Shown: positions 57,001 through 64,000 of the stretch, one piece after another
How positions within the stretch are numbered: position 1 is the stretch's first letter
Layout: each line of letters starts with the position of its first letter
Origin: Candidatus Thorarchaeota archaeon
GTDB taxonomy: Archaea > Asgardarchaeota > Thorarchaeia > Thorarchaeales > Thorarchaeaceae
Assembly (NCBI GenBank): GCA_048882045.1
Contig: JBHLRZ010000003.1
Location: forward strand, 136,192 to 200,191
Length of the DNA: 64,000 nt
Reading direction: 5' to 3'
Position numbers and translations under genes: made by a program
The notes under the pieces: generated by a model
Told to the model about the DNA's origin: nothing
Seen by the model: the letters and a program-made list of their open reading frames with translations, nothing else
Databases searched by the model: none

Positions 57001-57242
57001 GAGGAAGAGTCGAATGTTAATCCCTGACCACCATTTGAAACTTGACCACTTATGGAAACTGGAAGCGCAGGTGCAGTTCCAGAACTCGGGTCATTGCTCG
57101 CCCAGACACTAGATCCTCCCTCATTGAGTGGTTGGAAAGTGTTTGCAGGTGCCGCTACTGGGCTATAGTCAGATGTTGTATTTAATAATGGGAATAGGAA
57201 TAGTACTACAACTAGAATGCCTATGAGATTGCTCTTCCTCAT
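45024..57242 (-). CDS. Giant (4072 aa) type-I membrane surface protein: 2x (DUF2341 + LamG-like), Ig-like repeats, TM, acidic cytoplasmic tail
   Basis: Signal peptide; two FPVLI...HEIE...AWVK modules; GAIDEIR and GQLDEFR; collinear with the 3184-aa paralog. Confidence 0.85.
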   Translation of the reverse strand: MRKSNLIGILVVVLFLFPLLNTTSDYSPVAAPANTFQPLNEGGSSVWASNDPSSGTAPALPVSISGQVSNGGQGLTFDSSSSGVGSVTITDGWTGTDLQAQIDSLQWTAQDLLTNGDLNDRHDEQFIIVTNPSYISYNSEIVRIPDGWSLVKNAEDDLDNDYTSHPNHGAYELVSHSAGYGSTWGIRLQANWGTSFFHNPNDEIYIRQMVSLPWREVYSADISFRYNVDGINSNLADQVHLFARLAGSTVKFHVFESGDTTDTWLTASATINAASMANLSTHVAAFDIGIASDLSGQTLAYNAQAWIDEIQVDFTVRPFPEQIDLKANGTLVWGSTTHSVYPYVPDDDNRDCYDDNTYGLDLDGYPWGAFGGVLDTGIWHASQFNPSGLFETGMQFPLDIPQGAIITSAYLEVQTSGGSATPLNGMRVHVAAEDNVSAFTTGGAHLEDRYSWVEATMPWDLNSWVITPTTRYRSPEIGPLVQNVISRPGWSEGNYILIMTSLMNADYYQRWNSITGTAGYDGNDRSRLFVEYIIPEPDDTIVFFDYQKTITIDHTNVVSDLVDFPVLIDLPTDSDLSSHVLSNGSDIAFTIDGAAVPHEIEFFDQASGKLVAWVKVPYLSSSTDTVITMHYGCLNAPPNLGSRVWNDYEIVQHLGNDPTGINYDSTTNNHDGTSYDGDSTIAQVSGKIGDAVQFDGFDDVISVGQIYTDEWSAFTVSAWINHDVAGDDRIFSKAPSTTVSTAVIHLAVNPSDLMRVRLSTDQMVAQSRDGIYPMNHGSWYYLSWTWDAVSDMMYLYVNGSLENSVSWPGNTVADSDIMFIIGNWETGTSDTRHYDGAIDEIRMLPTVRSAEWIETEFNNQNNPAGFYTVGSQTQISDTWTDAGETQIVFTTTSSNPVSMDVTITMDVGGEAQTMNTDFNEGVSYFIESGASIVNWTAKVMVSPPAGATAFGFTLEYPRAEWKPTTVLNPINQRKTVDSDWWYHGGTLTLNATSIDFWGVWTIKFISWNFVQDVQLSSSMYDINDLAKFTITTPTVLGARAGLNLIDPAGNTWFSSYNQTITDPSHRFPSFRYRKDITIPSSVIYGTVTEFPVLIQYSDDTDLHDTTKVRSDGSDILFADGDIVLDHEIEYFNQDYTFSEAKIVAWVKMNLTLGADKTISMYYGSPVVDNLENPEGVWSSGFDAVWHLGEDVVNEASGAIHSDSSGNGYDGVQNGNVEYISGRGGYAQDFDGIDDYISISDQLTPQGDVFISGWFRIATAHNDLSPNTQVIMEKFIDIDHDMVIALVGQDYGQGTVPNGSLVFKVESSANSPIYKWTQRISWNPGWYYIGCYADEDNPSNNVIWVNQAWDTDAGQVGTPTMANMSYTEEWRLGGGDWETSGTFTGWFDGQLDEFRVASVTSARSTGWLQTEYRNQVSPSTFAVRGSEQVRTSPEHTISKTMDSTAPAGLWTVEVYYNDTGTTVTDKTGLFEATFTVRHPTALSLQKPSVTTKTVGDALIVEYQLTDTIEASGVAGATVTMNWTSPSTITLDDYGNGRYGKVLETTDLGDAKQWRIDISSSHPYYNDDSDSFTIDLYHDTLLDASGVTATPAGYDFTATLAFTDDYTGSPITGATITLDGSGVSFIDNNDGTYDISIPTGALSLGNHMYIFNATKAGAYLHMGSVQVTFTLREHITAVTVSGDLTTPYGDDTPLTVLLMDLDTRLQVDIGDVASFNFTSSYGQQILSSLFSYDMTLVTDTWSVGTVSVTLTVTMSNSDIGAPAVYTFNVIIRPHRTSLTVTGVTTQPYGNQTPLTIILTDLDTGGIVPIGQVTNIHLAWTGGSDDFGIYAITLGTSTWSVGVQTVTVTVTLSSIYQAPTPYNFDITIRSMTTLMYHEPYNLLLPQGQDFVVYLRLNVSEAGPFYSDPIQGRIAGEFSVSGYTESIDVTDQVYGRYKLTINALEFTSGTYDIRVNFNSLDNRYKNAFIVIRVQYRDIFSYLSSPNYPQVVTPYQMDVQILLNYTDADFGSGIEGATITGSPDWIANQTDLLGGIYSVWIDVSLLSQGTHYLNLTAELAPYEARTLRFRIVIREAYTSSVPSVGSLDIPIGSSRVFYVDYTDIDRLVPIDNTTVPYTQVVSTWGNYSVIWESGRYKITFYTSDSDTISQNIVYSFTFSKGVNYKAASFNITVSIRTHNTDFRIVSSIVPTSTIGVFNLSVYYGDLDNLVGIKSLLVDFYVNNASGPVSSSYGYDLILGDGFYIIQVPASQFGLGLQTFTVYADWTGAVAKYQDKSFVTTANVVGRDSALTLLVSSEPTPYDENMEYIFFYSDLFSGIGIDNLTGYVFVYVSFQGESATQADITLTDLSATQPGNYSIFFDTNIFSRTGLIYMNVFVNWSKGVSPFYSNRTDVISVRVLPRDTLLSINPPSPVSFGESTSFTFTYEDITGGSSSFILDDPSLSITSNITFGYIESGGTFTFNFDTTQFGAVGTFAIRLNVNWNGIPFYTNRTGRIVYISIINRVTFLEYLAPAPTQYLDEVIFNVTWTDITGGASDPITGATVLLYDGGVAINSMYYSVFEYAALGIYRITLNTTFVSTPGTYVLGVSVSIGTTGIQNVFTPRDFNVRERLALLAAEPISTVPYNSSINVILYYQDLFTTGIIGNDSADVTLEIINGPGSGPWFFTVTWRAAFSDYQLSVETYNLGLQTGVPYTLTLRMSYAYQVPFYSTDELIVQFQVRNRVSSLSLDQEPDVTPYGDNAVFSVFFSDVDAGGSGIVGATITIPSLAPADYDVTPGLAGIYVITVDSSALGSPSSYPLSVHADWFGAPYHTNKTREVTVIVRERETNIDVTIPPAQTLYLDDVTFTFQYLDLDASSIPITSIAGTNIHLYWANMSEINSILYTVTPTGTSYEITIASDVLSTVPISGLSLSLQVDWNSATAPYYRDDSTIVKVTITGRSILVETDQVDRTPKGDIVNISLSLTDLDNGNPIVGAIIQFSCQGHSLLEGIDYTRTEGAGVYTFHVDSLSLSGTGTFFFDIAVQWNPSMVPFYSNRSTTTITGLVDLVRTSLTVDALVPSSVQFTGDVSLLLTWRDLDHNLPLTGYAAVIEARVKYLVSGLPPAGLVVFETPTPGVYNVSFNTSDLLSLGAYTLDITVAASVYSSSTVTPQFSVIEIRTDLIPLSTSQLYNWTDTAYIYVDYKNLLDDILISGATVSWSIGGVFGDYLDEPGVPGQYRAIIDTSSLGFSGTRIVQISASLDKYTLATTQVTLNVLALPSDIVIIDPPTGILDVSRGNSFTIGVSLNDTTHLTPIDNLQVQTIYATFRGIQYPLTWDSFSSLWVGSIPGVATILDPGSYDVQITAGFFDYQVAGDLFRINIGQTETLLEVRDPLTGFIITEIDAVYSEVIYLGLNLTEKANKTTVIFGQVFMYEQSFDGLNLTFTYNDTLKLWVAEFNTSLGLYGTWGLTFRAFPDDPILASSTATVTLTIKKIETEVWAPTLTIEVDWGWADNISFTYYDTSFGRGIDNASVTYDYGPFTGLIAYDLGNGTYMVFINTTYLTSNAQHRIILDLQKQNYQERTSGANMFIKFRSTELLVSVDDERTHQNSGDVTNLQVPMGDSITISFFFNDTSDVGGLFGGLDFATIQATLVATDYFPGSRNVTGVVIRFGVGLYSFVFDTNDLSFYEFNNFEKIIESGQFFLTVRMEYPNRISQEETVRISIIKIPTVIQYTGETQFSLLNGDQLTIQFTLYDTWHNQGVEGVPFQYSGGNTARVILGTNRSLGGGVYEVKFEVIGTAGDNIIRLQLGSEFVDSIELQITITANPNETDILIGQVTQIGLPISLLVITLLGLYVRVWSVPKRIRQINGQIKTLRKGKVPKPVSDVKSRQALIADLFNDTYEKMKITRTAQQMPEESIPIEVPEMGELLMQLAILTNLSAGELEEFKADIVKMKMSEQAAFVKEVIMQEAIRAARREGSTVEEIIEKVEAEARRRLGAEEAVEPLDVVDTGAVETVFLEEEEKVVTPKVEEEVEEDTFEEVTDITSERMSLHEIEELRKDLERRGVPPYEIDTIIEQAKELPRDLVEELVKSLEDRKG

Positions 57243-57389
57243 GAGCGTGCCTCCTCTTTTACTGTCAGACCGGTAGTTCAGTTGCTATAAGATGTCTATT
57301 TGCATCTAAAGTACTGCGACTGTGTAGGTGCTGCAAAGAATTCATATCTTAAGAATCTGTTCTGCGGGTCTTGGTTCGTTTTTTCGAAA

Positions 57390-58085
57390 TCAGGTTGACG
57401 ATAGATAGTCTTTGAAGCCGATAAATCGATACCCCTTTTCGTCCTTCAGTTCTGTCAATAGGTCGAAAAGATCATTCATCCTGTGGTCTGATGGGTGAAT
57501 GCCTATCTGTAGTGCGCCTCCAAGCTCAATCTCAAACAGTGCAGACTCGATTGAGAGAGACCTCTGTCCTTGACTTATTATCCGGTCAGCTGATTGGACT
57601 ATTTTATGCTTCAAATTGTCATGGATCATATTTCCATTGACGCAATAGTCCAGACCAATCTGCTTCACAGCTTGCACAATTTTCGGGGCAGACGTCCATG
57701 TTGGAGGAACGAATCCTGTGGGTCTTCGTTCGAATCCTTGTTTGAGAATCGAGGCACCATCCTTTAGACGAGATATTGACTTGTCCCTGGTCAACTTGTC
57801 AAACTCGTTTTGAGACCCTGACTTTGAAAAGTGTGAATAGCCATGCATAGCGATCTCAAGGTCCAGGGACCTGAGGAATTTGGTGAAGATGGCACGGTTG
57901 GAAAACTTGTTAGATTTCTTTAGGCCATAGAAAGGTGTCACTAACAGGGTCAGGCTTGTGACTCCTAGGTCAGTTAGAAGGTCGTAAGACTTGATAATAT
58001 CGTCCTCATAGACCGGGGCGATATCATGCATAGAGAGGATGATAGTATTATCCTCTACAGTGTCAACAACCTTGCCCAATATCAC
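57390..58085 (-). CDS. Polysaccharide deacetylase-like (DUF2334/CE4) protein
   Basis: LSMHDIAP, EIAMHGYSH, GFVPPTW, IGIHPSD. Confidence 0.82.
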   Translation of the reverse strand: MILGKVVDTVEDNTIILSMHDIAPVYEDDIIKSYDLLTDLGVTSLTLLVTPFYGLKKSNKFSNRAIFTKFLRSLDLEIAMHGYSHFSKSGSQNEFDKLTRDKSISRLKDGASILKQGFERRPTGFVPPTWTSAPKIVQAVKQIGLDYCVNGNMIHDNLKHKIVQSADRIISQGQRSLSIESALFEIELGGALQIGIHPSDHRMNDLFDLLTELKDEKGYRFIGFKDYLSST

Positions 58086-58150
58086 TCACCAAACGCCGCG
58101 TTGTGTCACAGTGTTGTATGAATAATCCCTTGAAAACCTATACGTTTGAC

Positions 58151-58381
58151 TCAGGGTTTCCACTGTTCATAAGCCAACTTGATGTCTTTATCAGTAATGG
58201 TTTTCCTTCCAGCATGCTCTGTTAGTGCGAACGCTCTCTTTGCAATCAACTTTCCAGTTTCTTCCAGTATTCTTGCTAGTTCCTCGGCGCCTTTGTCACT
58301 CACTCTTCCAGCACCTGATTCTCTTATGAGTCGATCAATTGGGGCGACTGGGATGATTCGGTCTTTTCTTGCTCGCGGCAA
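58151..58381 (-). CDS. Archaeal histone (HMf family)
   Basis: PVAPIDRLIRESGAGRVS...HAGRKTITDKDIKLA; GGAGG SD before the TTG start. Confidence 0.93.
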   Translation of the reverse strand: MPRARKDRIIPVAPIDRLIRESGAGRVSDKGAEELARILEETGKLIAKRAFALTEHAGRKTITDKDIKLAYEQWKP

Positions 58382-58535
58382 ACGTCTAACACTCCTCCGA
58401 CTGCCATTTGCAGCCTTGATATGTCTTTTTCAGGGTTAAATTTCTTTAAGAACTTTGTATTACCGGAAAGAATAGATTGAATCCTTTTAATCAATAGAAT
58501 TAAGATTCTAAACTGTTTTTGAGCGAATCTAACGA

Positions 58536-59726
58536 CTACTTGCCTTCTCGTAGTACAATGACACGGGCATTCTTTAATTCCTCAGAGAGGATGTCAAAAT
58601 CCATTGGTTCTTCGCATTCAGCTACTCGTCCAGGATCAGCTCTAACTGATGGATACTTGGGATTCAGAGTGCAGCACGATGCACCTTCTTTGGCAAACTC
58701 ATAGGTACCTATCTCCTGAGCCAGATGTTCGATGTCGACCTTGTCGTCACCAGCATTGGGTCTTAGGATTGGATAGTCAGTTACTGCATTCTCAATGACC
58801 CGAAGATTTGCAATGGTCTGTGAAGCCTGTTCTCCGATGATCTCTCCTGTCACAATGGCATCTGCTCCTTCTTGAATCGCAATCTCACGTGCGATTCTTA
58901 GCATGTTTCGTTTGCAAAACAGACAGGTCATCTTCTCGGGAGCGTGTTTCTGTGCTTCCTCAATGTCAGGAGCGTGAGGCACAATGTAGAGCTTCACCTC
59001 AAAGCCATGGATGTAGTTCGCTAGGAGCTGGGCTTGCTTTACTGCGATATCTAAGCAGTTCTCATCAGCATAAGGAGTGTTGTCAAGATGAACGAAGACA
59101 GGGATGCATCCTCGCTTCATCACCTTGTATGCTGCAATCGGCGAGTCCAGTCCTGTTGAAATCGTGCACACAACCTTCCCTTGGGAGCCAGTGGGCATTC
59201 CACCCACACCATTGATTGTCCGTGTGAATAGGTGAGCCTTCTCACCCCTTACTTCTACATAGAGTTCCTGCTCCGGATTGGATAAATCGACAGTCAAGTC
59301 GAGTTCAGGGAGTCCCTCAAAGAGTCTCTCACCAAGCTTCTCCCTAACATCTTGGCTGGAGAATGAATGTTCACCAATACGTCTAGCTCCGACCTTGAAG
59401 GTGAGTCCCTTCTTGAACTCAACAATTGCGAGTTGAAACCCTGTTTCCAATATTGCATCCATCTCTGCAGCTGTTTGGACGGTTGGAGAAGTAGAAACGA
59501 TACCAAAGACTTTGGCTGCAACCTCAGCAGCTCTGACAGCCTCCGAGGTATCGATGTAGATCCTTCCATAGACAGAATGAACCTTGTCGAACTTGACATT
59601 GTTCTCGCGCAGTGCAAACTCCACTTGCTCCATGAGCATGTTCTTCATTCGGCGGCGGGTCTGGTCTGACTTGATTGCCATCTCTCCAAACCGGAGAATC
59701 ACAGTAGAATAGTCTAGTTTGACCAT
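58536..59726 (-). CDS. thiI: tRNA 4-thiouridine sulfurtransferase ThiI (THUMP plus PP-loop, no rhodanese domain)
   Basis: RFGEMAIKS, VDLSNPE, GGMPTGSQGK, STGLDSP, CLFCKR, TGEIIGEQASQT; ATG 59726 has an SD-like AGGTG. Confidence 0.93.
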   Translation of the reverse strand: MVKLDYSTVILRFGEMAIKSDQTRRRMKNMLMEQVEFALRENNVKFDKVHSVYGRIYIDTSEAVRAAEVAAKVFGIVSTSPTVQTAAEMDAILETGFQLAIVEFKKGLTFKVGARRIGEHSFSSQDVREKLGERLFEGLPELDLTVDLSNPEQELYVEVRGEKAHLFTRTINGVGGMPTGSQGKVVCTISTGLDSPIAAYKVMKRGCIPVFVHLDNTPYADENCLDIAVKQAQLLANYIHGFEVKLYIVPHAPDIEEAQKHAPEKMTCLFCKRNMLRIAREIAIQEGADAIVTGEIIGEQASQTIANLRVIENAVTDYPILRPNAGDDKVDIEHLAQEIGTYEFAKEGASCCTLNPKYPSVRADPGRVAECEEPMDFDILSEELKNARVIVLREGK

Positions 59727-59879
59727 CTCAGCCACCTGACAGATACGCGCTATTGACATTGCTTAAGAATGTAGTCAAGTGTTACCTCCGCTACTAATTA
59801 TAGAGTTATTTGGATTTTCAACTCAGTGCTTGTCTGTGGCTGTTGTAATAAGTACATCATCAGAGCTCTGTGTGTTTTG

Positions 59880-60299
59880 CTAACTTGACTGTATTTTGCT
59901 GTAGATAGTGTATTGAATTAAGGAGGCTATGGGGAGCGGCATAATAAGACTGTAGCCTTCCATATAGTAGAAGTTAAACACAACAGCAAATGCAATGGGA
60001 ATAATTGCTCCAAGTGCAATTGCGGGGTATGTAATCGATGGTCTTCCTATACCACGTATATTTGGATGTATGAGAATTGCTGCCACAATTATTGGTGCTA
60101 TGGACATCAACCACCCGACAATAAGAAACATATTGTCCCATGGAATCGGAAAAATCCATACAGGAGCAAACAAGACTAGTTCATACAAAGAAAAATACCA
60201 TCCGATTAATGCTGAAAAAGGAAGTAGTAATGTTATAGCCCAGAGTACACTTCTTGGTCTAGAAATTATGGCAGGTTCTGATTTTATCATCTCGTCCAT
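59880..60299 (-). CDS. Hypothetical 4-TM membrane protein
   Basis: Hydrophobic 139 aa; SD-like GAGGG upstream. Confidence 0.6.
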   Translation of the reverse strand: MDEMIKSEPAIISRPRSVLWAITLLLPFSALIGWYFSLYELVLFAPVWIFPIPWDNMFLIVGWLMSIAPIIVAAILIHPNIRGIGRPSITYPAIALGAIIPIAFAVVFNFYYMEGYSLIMPLPIASLIQYTIYSKIQSS

Positions 60300-60779
60300 T
60301 TTAAGCAGTCCCTCTTATTCCTTGTGAGCTGGATTTCCGTCTTCTTGTCGCAAGCAATACGCTTCGAGTCTTTTCTAGAAGAGTCCACCTCAGTTGCGAA
60401 TACCAGCCATGTTAGAGCAAAGGTGGTATTAAATTGTTTCATTTTTAAATTAAGATAATAGTTCAAGTTACACTTCTATACTAAGAAGAGTTTGGCTAAC
60501 AATAATCAATTTCAAATTGTTATTATTGATAAAAAATGACTTACTTCTTGAAACTTATGACGCTTTTAGCGAGCGTATAAACTTCTGATTTATATCGCGT
60601 ATCGATGCCTGACTAGACATTCCTATCGAATGGAACCTCAATCTCTCGTAGCGCAGATTCAATATGACACATACGCGACTTTGGTAATGCTTATGAATGT
60701 AGCCAGATGTGACCTCCACCATATGGCGGAAATCATTCGTAGAAAGTGGATAGATCTGGATATTCGACAATTAGCAGTA

Positions 60780-61685
60780 ATGACAAGTGAAGTTCGTCGG
60801 AGTGAAGGTCTGGGAAATTACACTGTAGACCAAGTTGAAGAATATCTCATAAACATGAATGAACGATTTCCAATCGAGGTTGCTGTGCTTGCCTCCAAGG
60901 ATGATCAAATCCTAGGTTGGATGGGACTAGAACGATTGACTGATGAAATAGCAGAGATTGGAAGATGGCATCCATTCGTGAGTCTAGGACAAAAGAGAGG
61001 AGAAGTAGCCCAGCAGATCATCTCTGAAGTGAATAGATACGCTCTCAAGAACGGGATAAAAAGAATGGAAATTGGATTTGGAGAGATTTCAGAAGATAAC
61101 CAAATTGCGTTCTCTAATCGCCAATCATGGTTTGAAGGAGCTGGTTGGACCCATCTTGAGGAAAATCTCTTCATGACTGTAAATCCTATGGAACTACAAA
61201 TCATAGAACCAACTGAACTTCAGAAGGAATTCACTCTGACACCTCTGAAAGATTCTGATTTCGAAAAATTGTTTCAATGCTACTATCAGGCGTTCATGAC
61301 TGGACAAGCTATGTGGATATATGAAATGACTGAAGAACAGAGGAAACAGGAATTTGACAAGAATTTCAATAGGTCCAGGCCAATCAATGAAGATGCATCA
61401 TTCGTGTTAGAAAAGGACGGGGATGTCGTGGGATTCATTCTTGTTCTTTCAAGAACTGAAGTGGAAGAACACATTGAATCGATAGGAGTACACCCTTCCA
61501 ATCGTCGAAAAGGATTGGCGAAATTCCTTTTGTTAAGAGTCATTGAAGTCTTGCAAGAGAAGGGAGCTGAGAATTTAACACTTGGTGTGGATTCTGTGAA
61601 CGCACCTGCCATCGAACTGTATGAGAAGTTGGGATTTCAAACCATATCGAGAACTGTTCGATACTCATGGATAGCCAGTACATGA
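60780..61685 (+). CDS. Tandem-domain GNAT N-acetyltransferase (ORF is open from 60630)
   Basis: IGVHPSNRRKGLA, LGVDSVNAPAIELYEKLGF. Confidence 0.85.
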   Translation: MTSEVRRSEGLGNYTVDQVEEYLINMNERFPIEVAVLASKDDQILGWMGLERLTDEIAEIGRWHPFVSLGQKRGEVAQQIISEVNRYALKNGIKRMEIGFGEISEDNQIAFSNRQSWFEGAGWTHLEENLFMTVNPMELQIIEPTELQKEFTLTPLKDSDFEKLFQCYYQAFMTGQAMWIYEMTEEQRKQEFDKNFNRSRPINEDASFVLEKDGDVVGFILVLSRTEVEEHIESIGVHPSNRRKGLAKFLLLRVIEVLQEKGAENLTLGVDSVNAPAIELYEKLGFQTISRTVRYSWIAST

Positions 61686-61719
61686 TGATCCTGTGGGAAA
61701 CACCCCAATATGAGCTAGT

Positions 61720-63072
61720 TCATCGTTTTTTCATCAAAATTGCTACAACCACCACAAGTGCAACCGCTGTCACTGAAGCAATCACTATTAATGATGAATC
61801 GCCCGGTAAAGGTGTAGGTGTTGGGGAAGTAGTTGGTGTCGCAGTAGTTGTTGTAGTTGTTGAAATAGGTGTAACGCTGAGAGGCAGACCATCTAAATGG
61901 TCCTTCATTAGGTCGAAAATCTCTGTGTTGTGAATTGTCACATCTTCAGCCAGATTTAGGAATGGCTCGCCAAATGCAAAGAGTGGTACATTCGAACTTG
62001 TGTGAGACCCAGTAGTCCAGCTCACTGTGATATTACTGACTCGATCAGCTCTGAGATTTCTTTTTTCGCCTTCTGATAGAAGGTCAGCAGGAAGCTCTGA
62101 GTTTAGATTGTTACTGACAATACCTAATCCTCCAGTTTCGTGATCTGCAGTTACAATTAGAATTGTATTGACATGAGCTTCAACATAATCTATTGCAACA
62201 TCTATTGCTTTGTCAAAGGCAATGGTATCAAGTGCTGTCCGAGTCTTGTCCCAGGCATGTGCTGCATGATCGATCTTACTCCCCTCAACCATTAGAAAAA
62301 ATCCATCTGTGTCTTGTGAAAGAATCTCTAGCGATTTATTCGTCATTTCTGCAATTGAAGGCTGTTCTGAATAATCTCGGTCATACTCGTAATCCATATG
62401 ATCTTGTGAAAAGAGTCCGAAGATACGCCCTGTTGTCATTGCCGCTAGTTCTGTTCTATTGTAAACAATGGAATATCCTTTTGATTCCATTGTCGTAAGT
62501 TGTGCACCTGAAAAATAACTCATTCCGCCCCCAAGTATCACATCTACGTTGGCAACCTCGACAATCTGACGAGCAATCTCCACTTCATTGTTACGATCAT
62601 CAACATGGGTCATAAAACATGCTGGTGTGGCATGTGTCAATCTACTAGTTGCTATAATCCCGGTCGACTTGTTCAGCGTTTGTGCATACTCTAGAATTGT
62701 TTCAAGTATCACGTGGGAAGAATCTATAGAAATGAACCCGTTGTTTGTCTTTAATCCAGTCGCCATTGCAGTAGCAGCAGCCGCTGAATCAGTCACAGCA
62801 GAATTCGCTGAAGAAGTGATGATTGAGGCATTCCAATCCGAATCTTGCATTATCAGTGATCCTGAATCCCCAACTTCAACTAGTCGAGCTAATTCTACAT
62901 GTTGATACCCCATTCCGTCACCAATCATCAAAATGACGCTGAGTGGGTCATCAGCAGCCACTGCGAATGAGTCTAATTGAGTTGGAGTGGAATATATTGA
63001 GATTGGCATAAGAATCAAAGTGAGAATGGAAAACGCCAAGAGATGTCGGGGAATTGATGTGGTGATTGTCAT
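61720..63072 (-). CDS. phoA: Membrane-anchored alkaline phosphatase
   Basis: ILMIGDGMG, TDSAAAAT (catalytic Ser), THATPA, EGSKIDHAAH, TADHETGG; Thr/Pro linker, C-terminal TM and KKR. Confidence 0.92.
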   Translation of the reverse strand: MTITTSIPRHLLAFSILTLILMPISIYSTPTQLDSFAVAADDPLSVILMIGDGMGYQHVELARLVEVGDSGSLIMQDSDWNASIITSSANSAVTDSAAAATAMATGLKTNNGFISIDSSHVILETILEYAQTLNKSTGIIATSRLTHATPACFMTHVDDRNNEVEIARQIVEVANVDVILGGGMSYFSGAQLTTMESKGYSIVYNRTELAAMTTGRIFGLFSQDHMDYEYDRDYSEQPSIAEMTNKSLEILSQDTDGFFLMVEGSKIDHAAHAWDKTRTALDTIAFDKAIDVAIDYVEAHVNTILIVTADHETGGLGIVSNNLNSELPADLLSEGEKRNLRADRVSNITVSWTTGSHTSSNVPLFAFGEPFLNLAEDVTIHNTEIFDLMKDHLDGLPLSVTPISTTTTTTATPTTSPTPTPLPGDSSLIVIASVTAVALVVVVAILMKKR

Positions 63073-63179
63073 GGGATGAATCAGGAAGTGTTCACTTTTT
63101 GCTCGATATAAGGATTCAGGAGCAAGCACACACTTCCCAAGTGTTCATATCTCGGAAATTCGTAATCCATTTGTTTGAG

Positions 63180-64000
63180 ATGAAGATAATCGGAGTAGAT
63201 GTCGGTGGGACATTCACTGATATCATTCTCACCTGCACGACCACTGGTGAGCAGTATGTACACAAAGTGCAGTCTACTCCGCAGAGTCAGGATCTTGCTG
63301 TTCTTCGAGGTGTGGAGGAGATCCTAGAACAACATTCCATCAAACCCGATGACATCAGACTGGTTGTGCATGGAACAACTGTAGCTACGAATGCCATGCT
63401 CGAAAGAACTGGTGCAAGAGTGGTTCTTCTTACGACCTCAGGTCTCGAGGATGTTCTTGAGATTGGCCGACAAAACAGGGATGAAATCTACTCTCTCGAA
63501 GCCACTCGCGCGAAACCTCTTGTTGAAAGAGAGGACAGAATTGGTGTGAATGAGCGGGTATCAGCTCATGGAGAAATAGTAACAAAGTTAACAAATGAGG
63601 ATGTCCGTGATGTTGAAAAAGCGGTGGATATGAGGAGACCAGATTCGGTCGCAATCTCTCTTCTGTTTTCATTCAAGAATCAGATCCACGAGAAACGACT
63701 TCTTGAATCTCTCAGAGTCAGTTCCGAGTCCTATATTGTTGCTTCATCAGAAGTACTTCCTGAATTTAGAGAATTTGAGAGAACTTCAACCACGGTCCTT
63801 GAAGCATATCTGGGTCCATTAGTTGTTAACTACATGAAACGTCTAGACAACGCAATCACCAAATTATGTCCAAATGGTAGACTTACTGTAATGCAGTCTA
63901 ACGGAGGAACTATGCTGGCTTCCCAAGCTCAAGGACGAACCATAGGATTGGCAATCTCAGGACTTGCAGGTGGTGCAATAGGGGGTTGGGAAATTGCTAA
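63180..64000 (+). CDS. hyuA: Hydantoinase A / 5-oxoprolinase ATPase subunit (3' truncated; absent from the ORF track)
   Basis: MKIIGVDVGGTFTD, HGTTVATNAMLE, EFREFERTSTT, MQSNGG; open to the window end. Confidence 0.9.
   Translation, partial: MKIIGVDVGGTFTDIILTCTTTGEQYVHKVQSTPQSQDLAVLRGVEEILEQHSIKPDDIRLVVHGTTVATNAMLERTGARVVLLTTSGLEDVLEIGRQNRDEIYSLEATRAKPLVEREDRIGVNERVSAHGEIVTKLTNEDVRDVEKAVDMRRPDSVAISLLFSFKNQIHEKRLLESLRVSSESYIVASSEVLPEFREFERTSTTVLEAYLGPLVVNYMKRLDNAITKLCPNGRLTVMQSNGGTMLASQAQGRTIGLAISGLAGGAIGGWEIA

Noticed and set aside
35325-57242. Inteins or DGR-type variable repeats in the giant genes
   Set aside because: No intein terminal motifs, no reverse transcriptase, and paralog differences are not adenine-specific.
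61720-61830. Alkaline phosphatase C-terminus as a PGF-CTERM sorting signal
   Set aside because: The motif reads PGDSS rather than PGF; treated as a plain TM anchor.

Overview
Gene-dense archaeal chromosomal segment with no rRNA, tRNA, CRISPR array or recognisable mobile element. It is probably from an Asgard archaeon (Thorarchaeia-like). This is inferred from an HMf-type histone, Cdc6/RFC/RadA paralogs, PCI-like membrane proteins, an SLC44-like transporter and two giant DUF2341/LamG/Ig-repeat surface proteins. Most of the window is housekeeping or metabolic: USP, D-amino-acid PLP enzyme, XPB, tandem RIO kinases, tandem Bcp peroxiredoxins, malic enzyme, GlcD/GlcF-like pair, CbiX, GcvH, ThiI, alkaline phosphatase and hydantoinase A. 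The best candidate for an undescribed system lies at about 3.6-9.1 kb. A 709-aa single-pass membrane protein ends in a 49-aa cytoplasmic tail with 11 Cys and 9 His in H-x-A-C repeats. It is transcribed divergently from a PqqD/RRE-radical SAM-SPASM peptide maturase and is followed by an HExxH metallopeptidase, which suggests a membrane-tethered RiPP precursor or protein-modification system. Other leads: an XPB plus p52/Tfb2-like pair, catalytically degenerate Cdc6 and RadA paralogs, an unannotated leader peptide ahead of the RIO kinases, a structured ~115-nt intergenic RNA candidate, a triad of paralogous 4-TM proteins, and two giant adhesins with highly conserved cytoplasmic tails. All family assignments come from motif recognition by eye; no searches were run.
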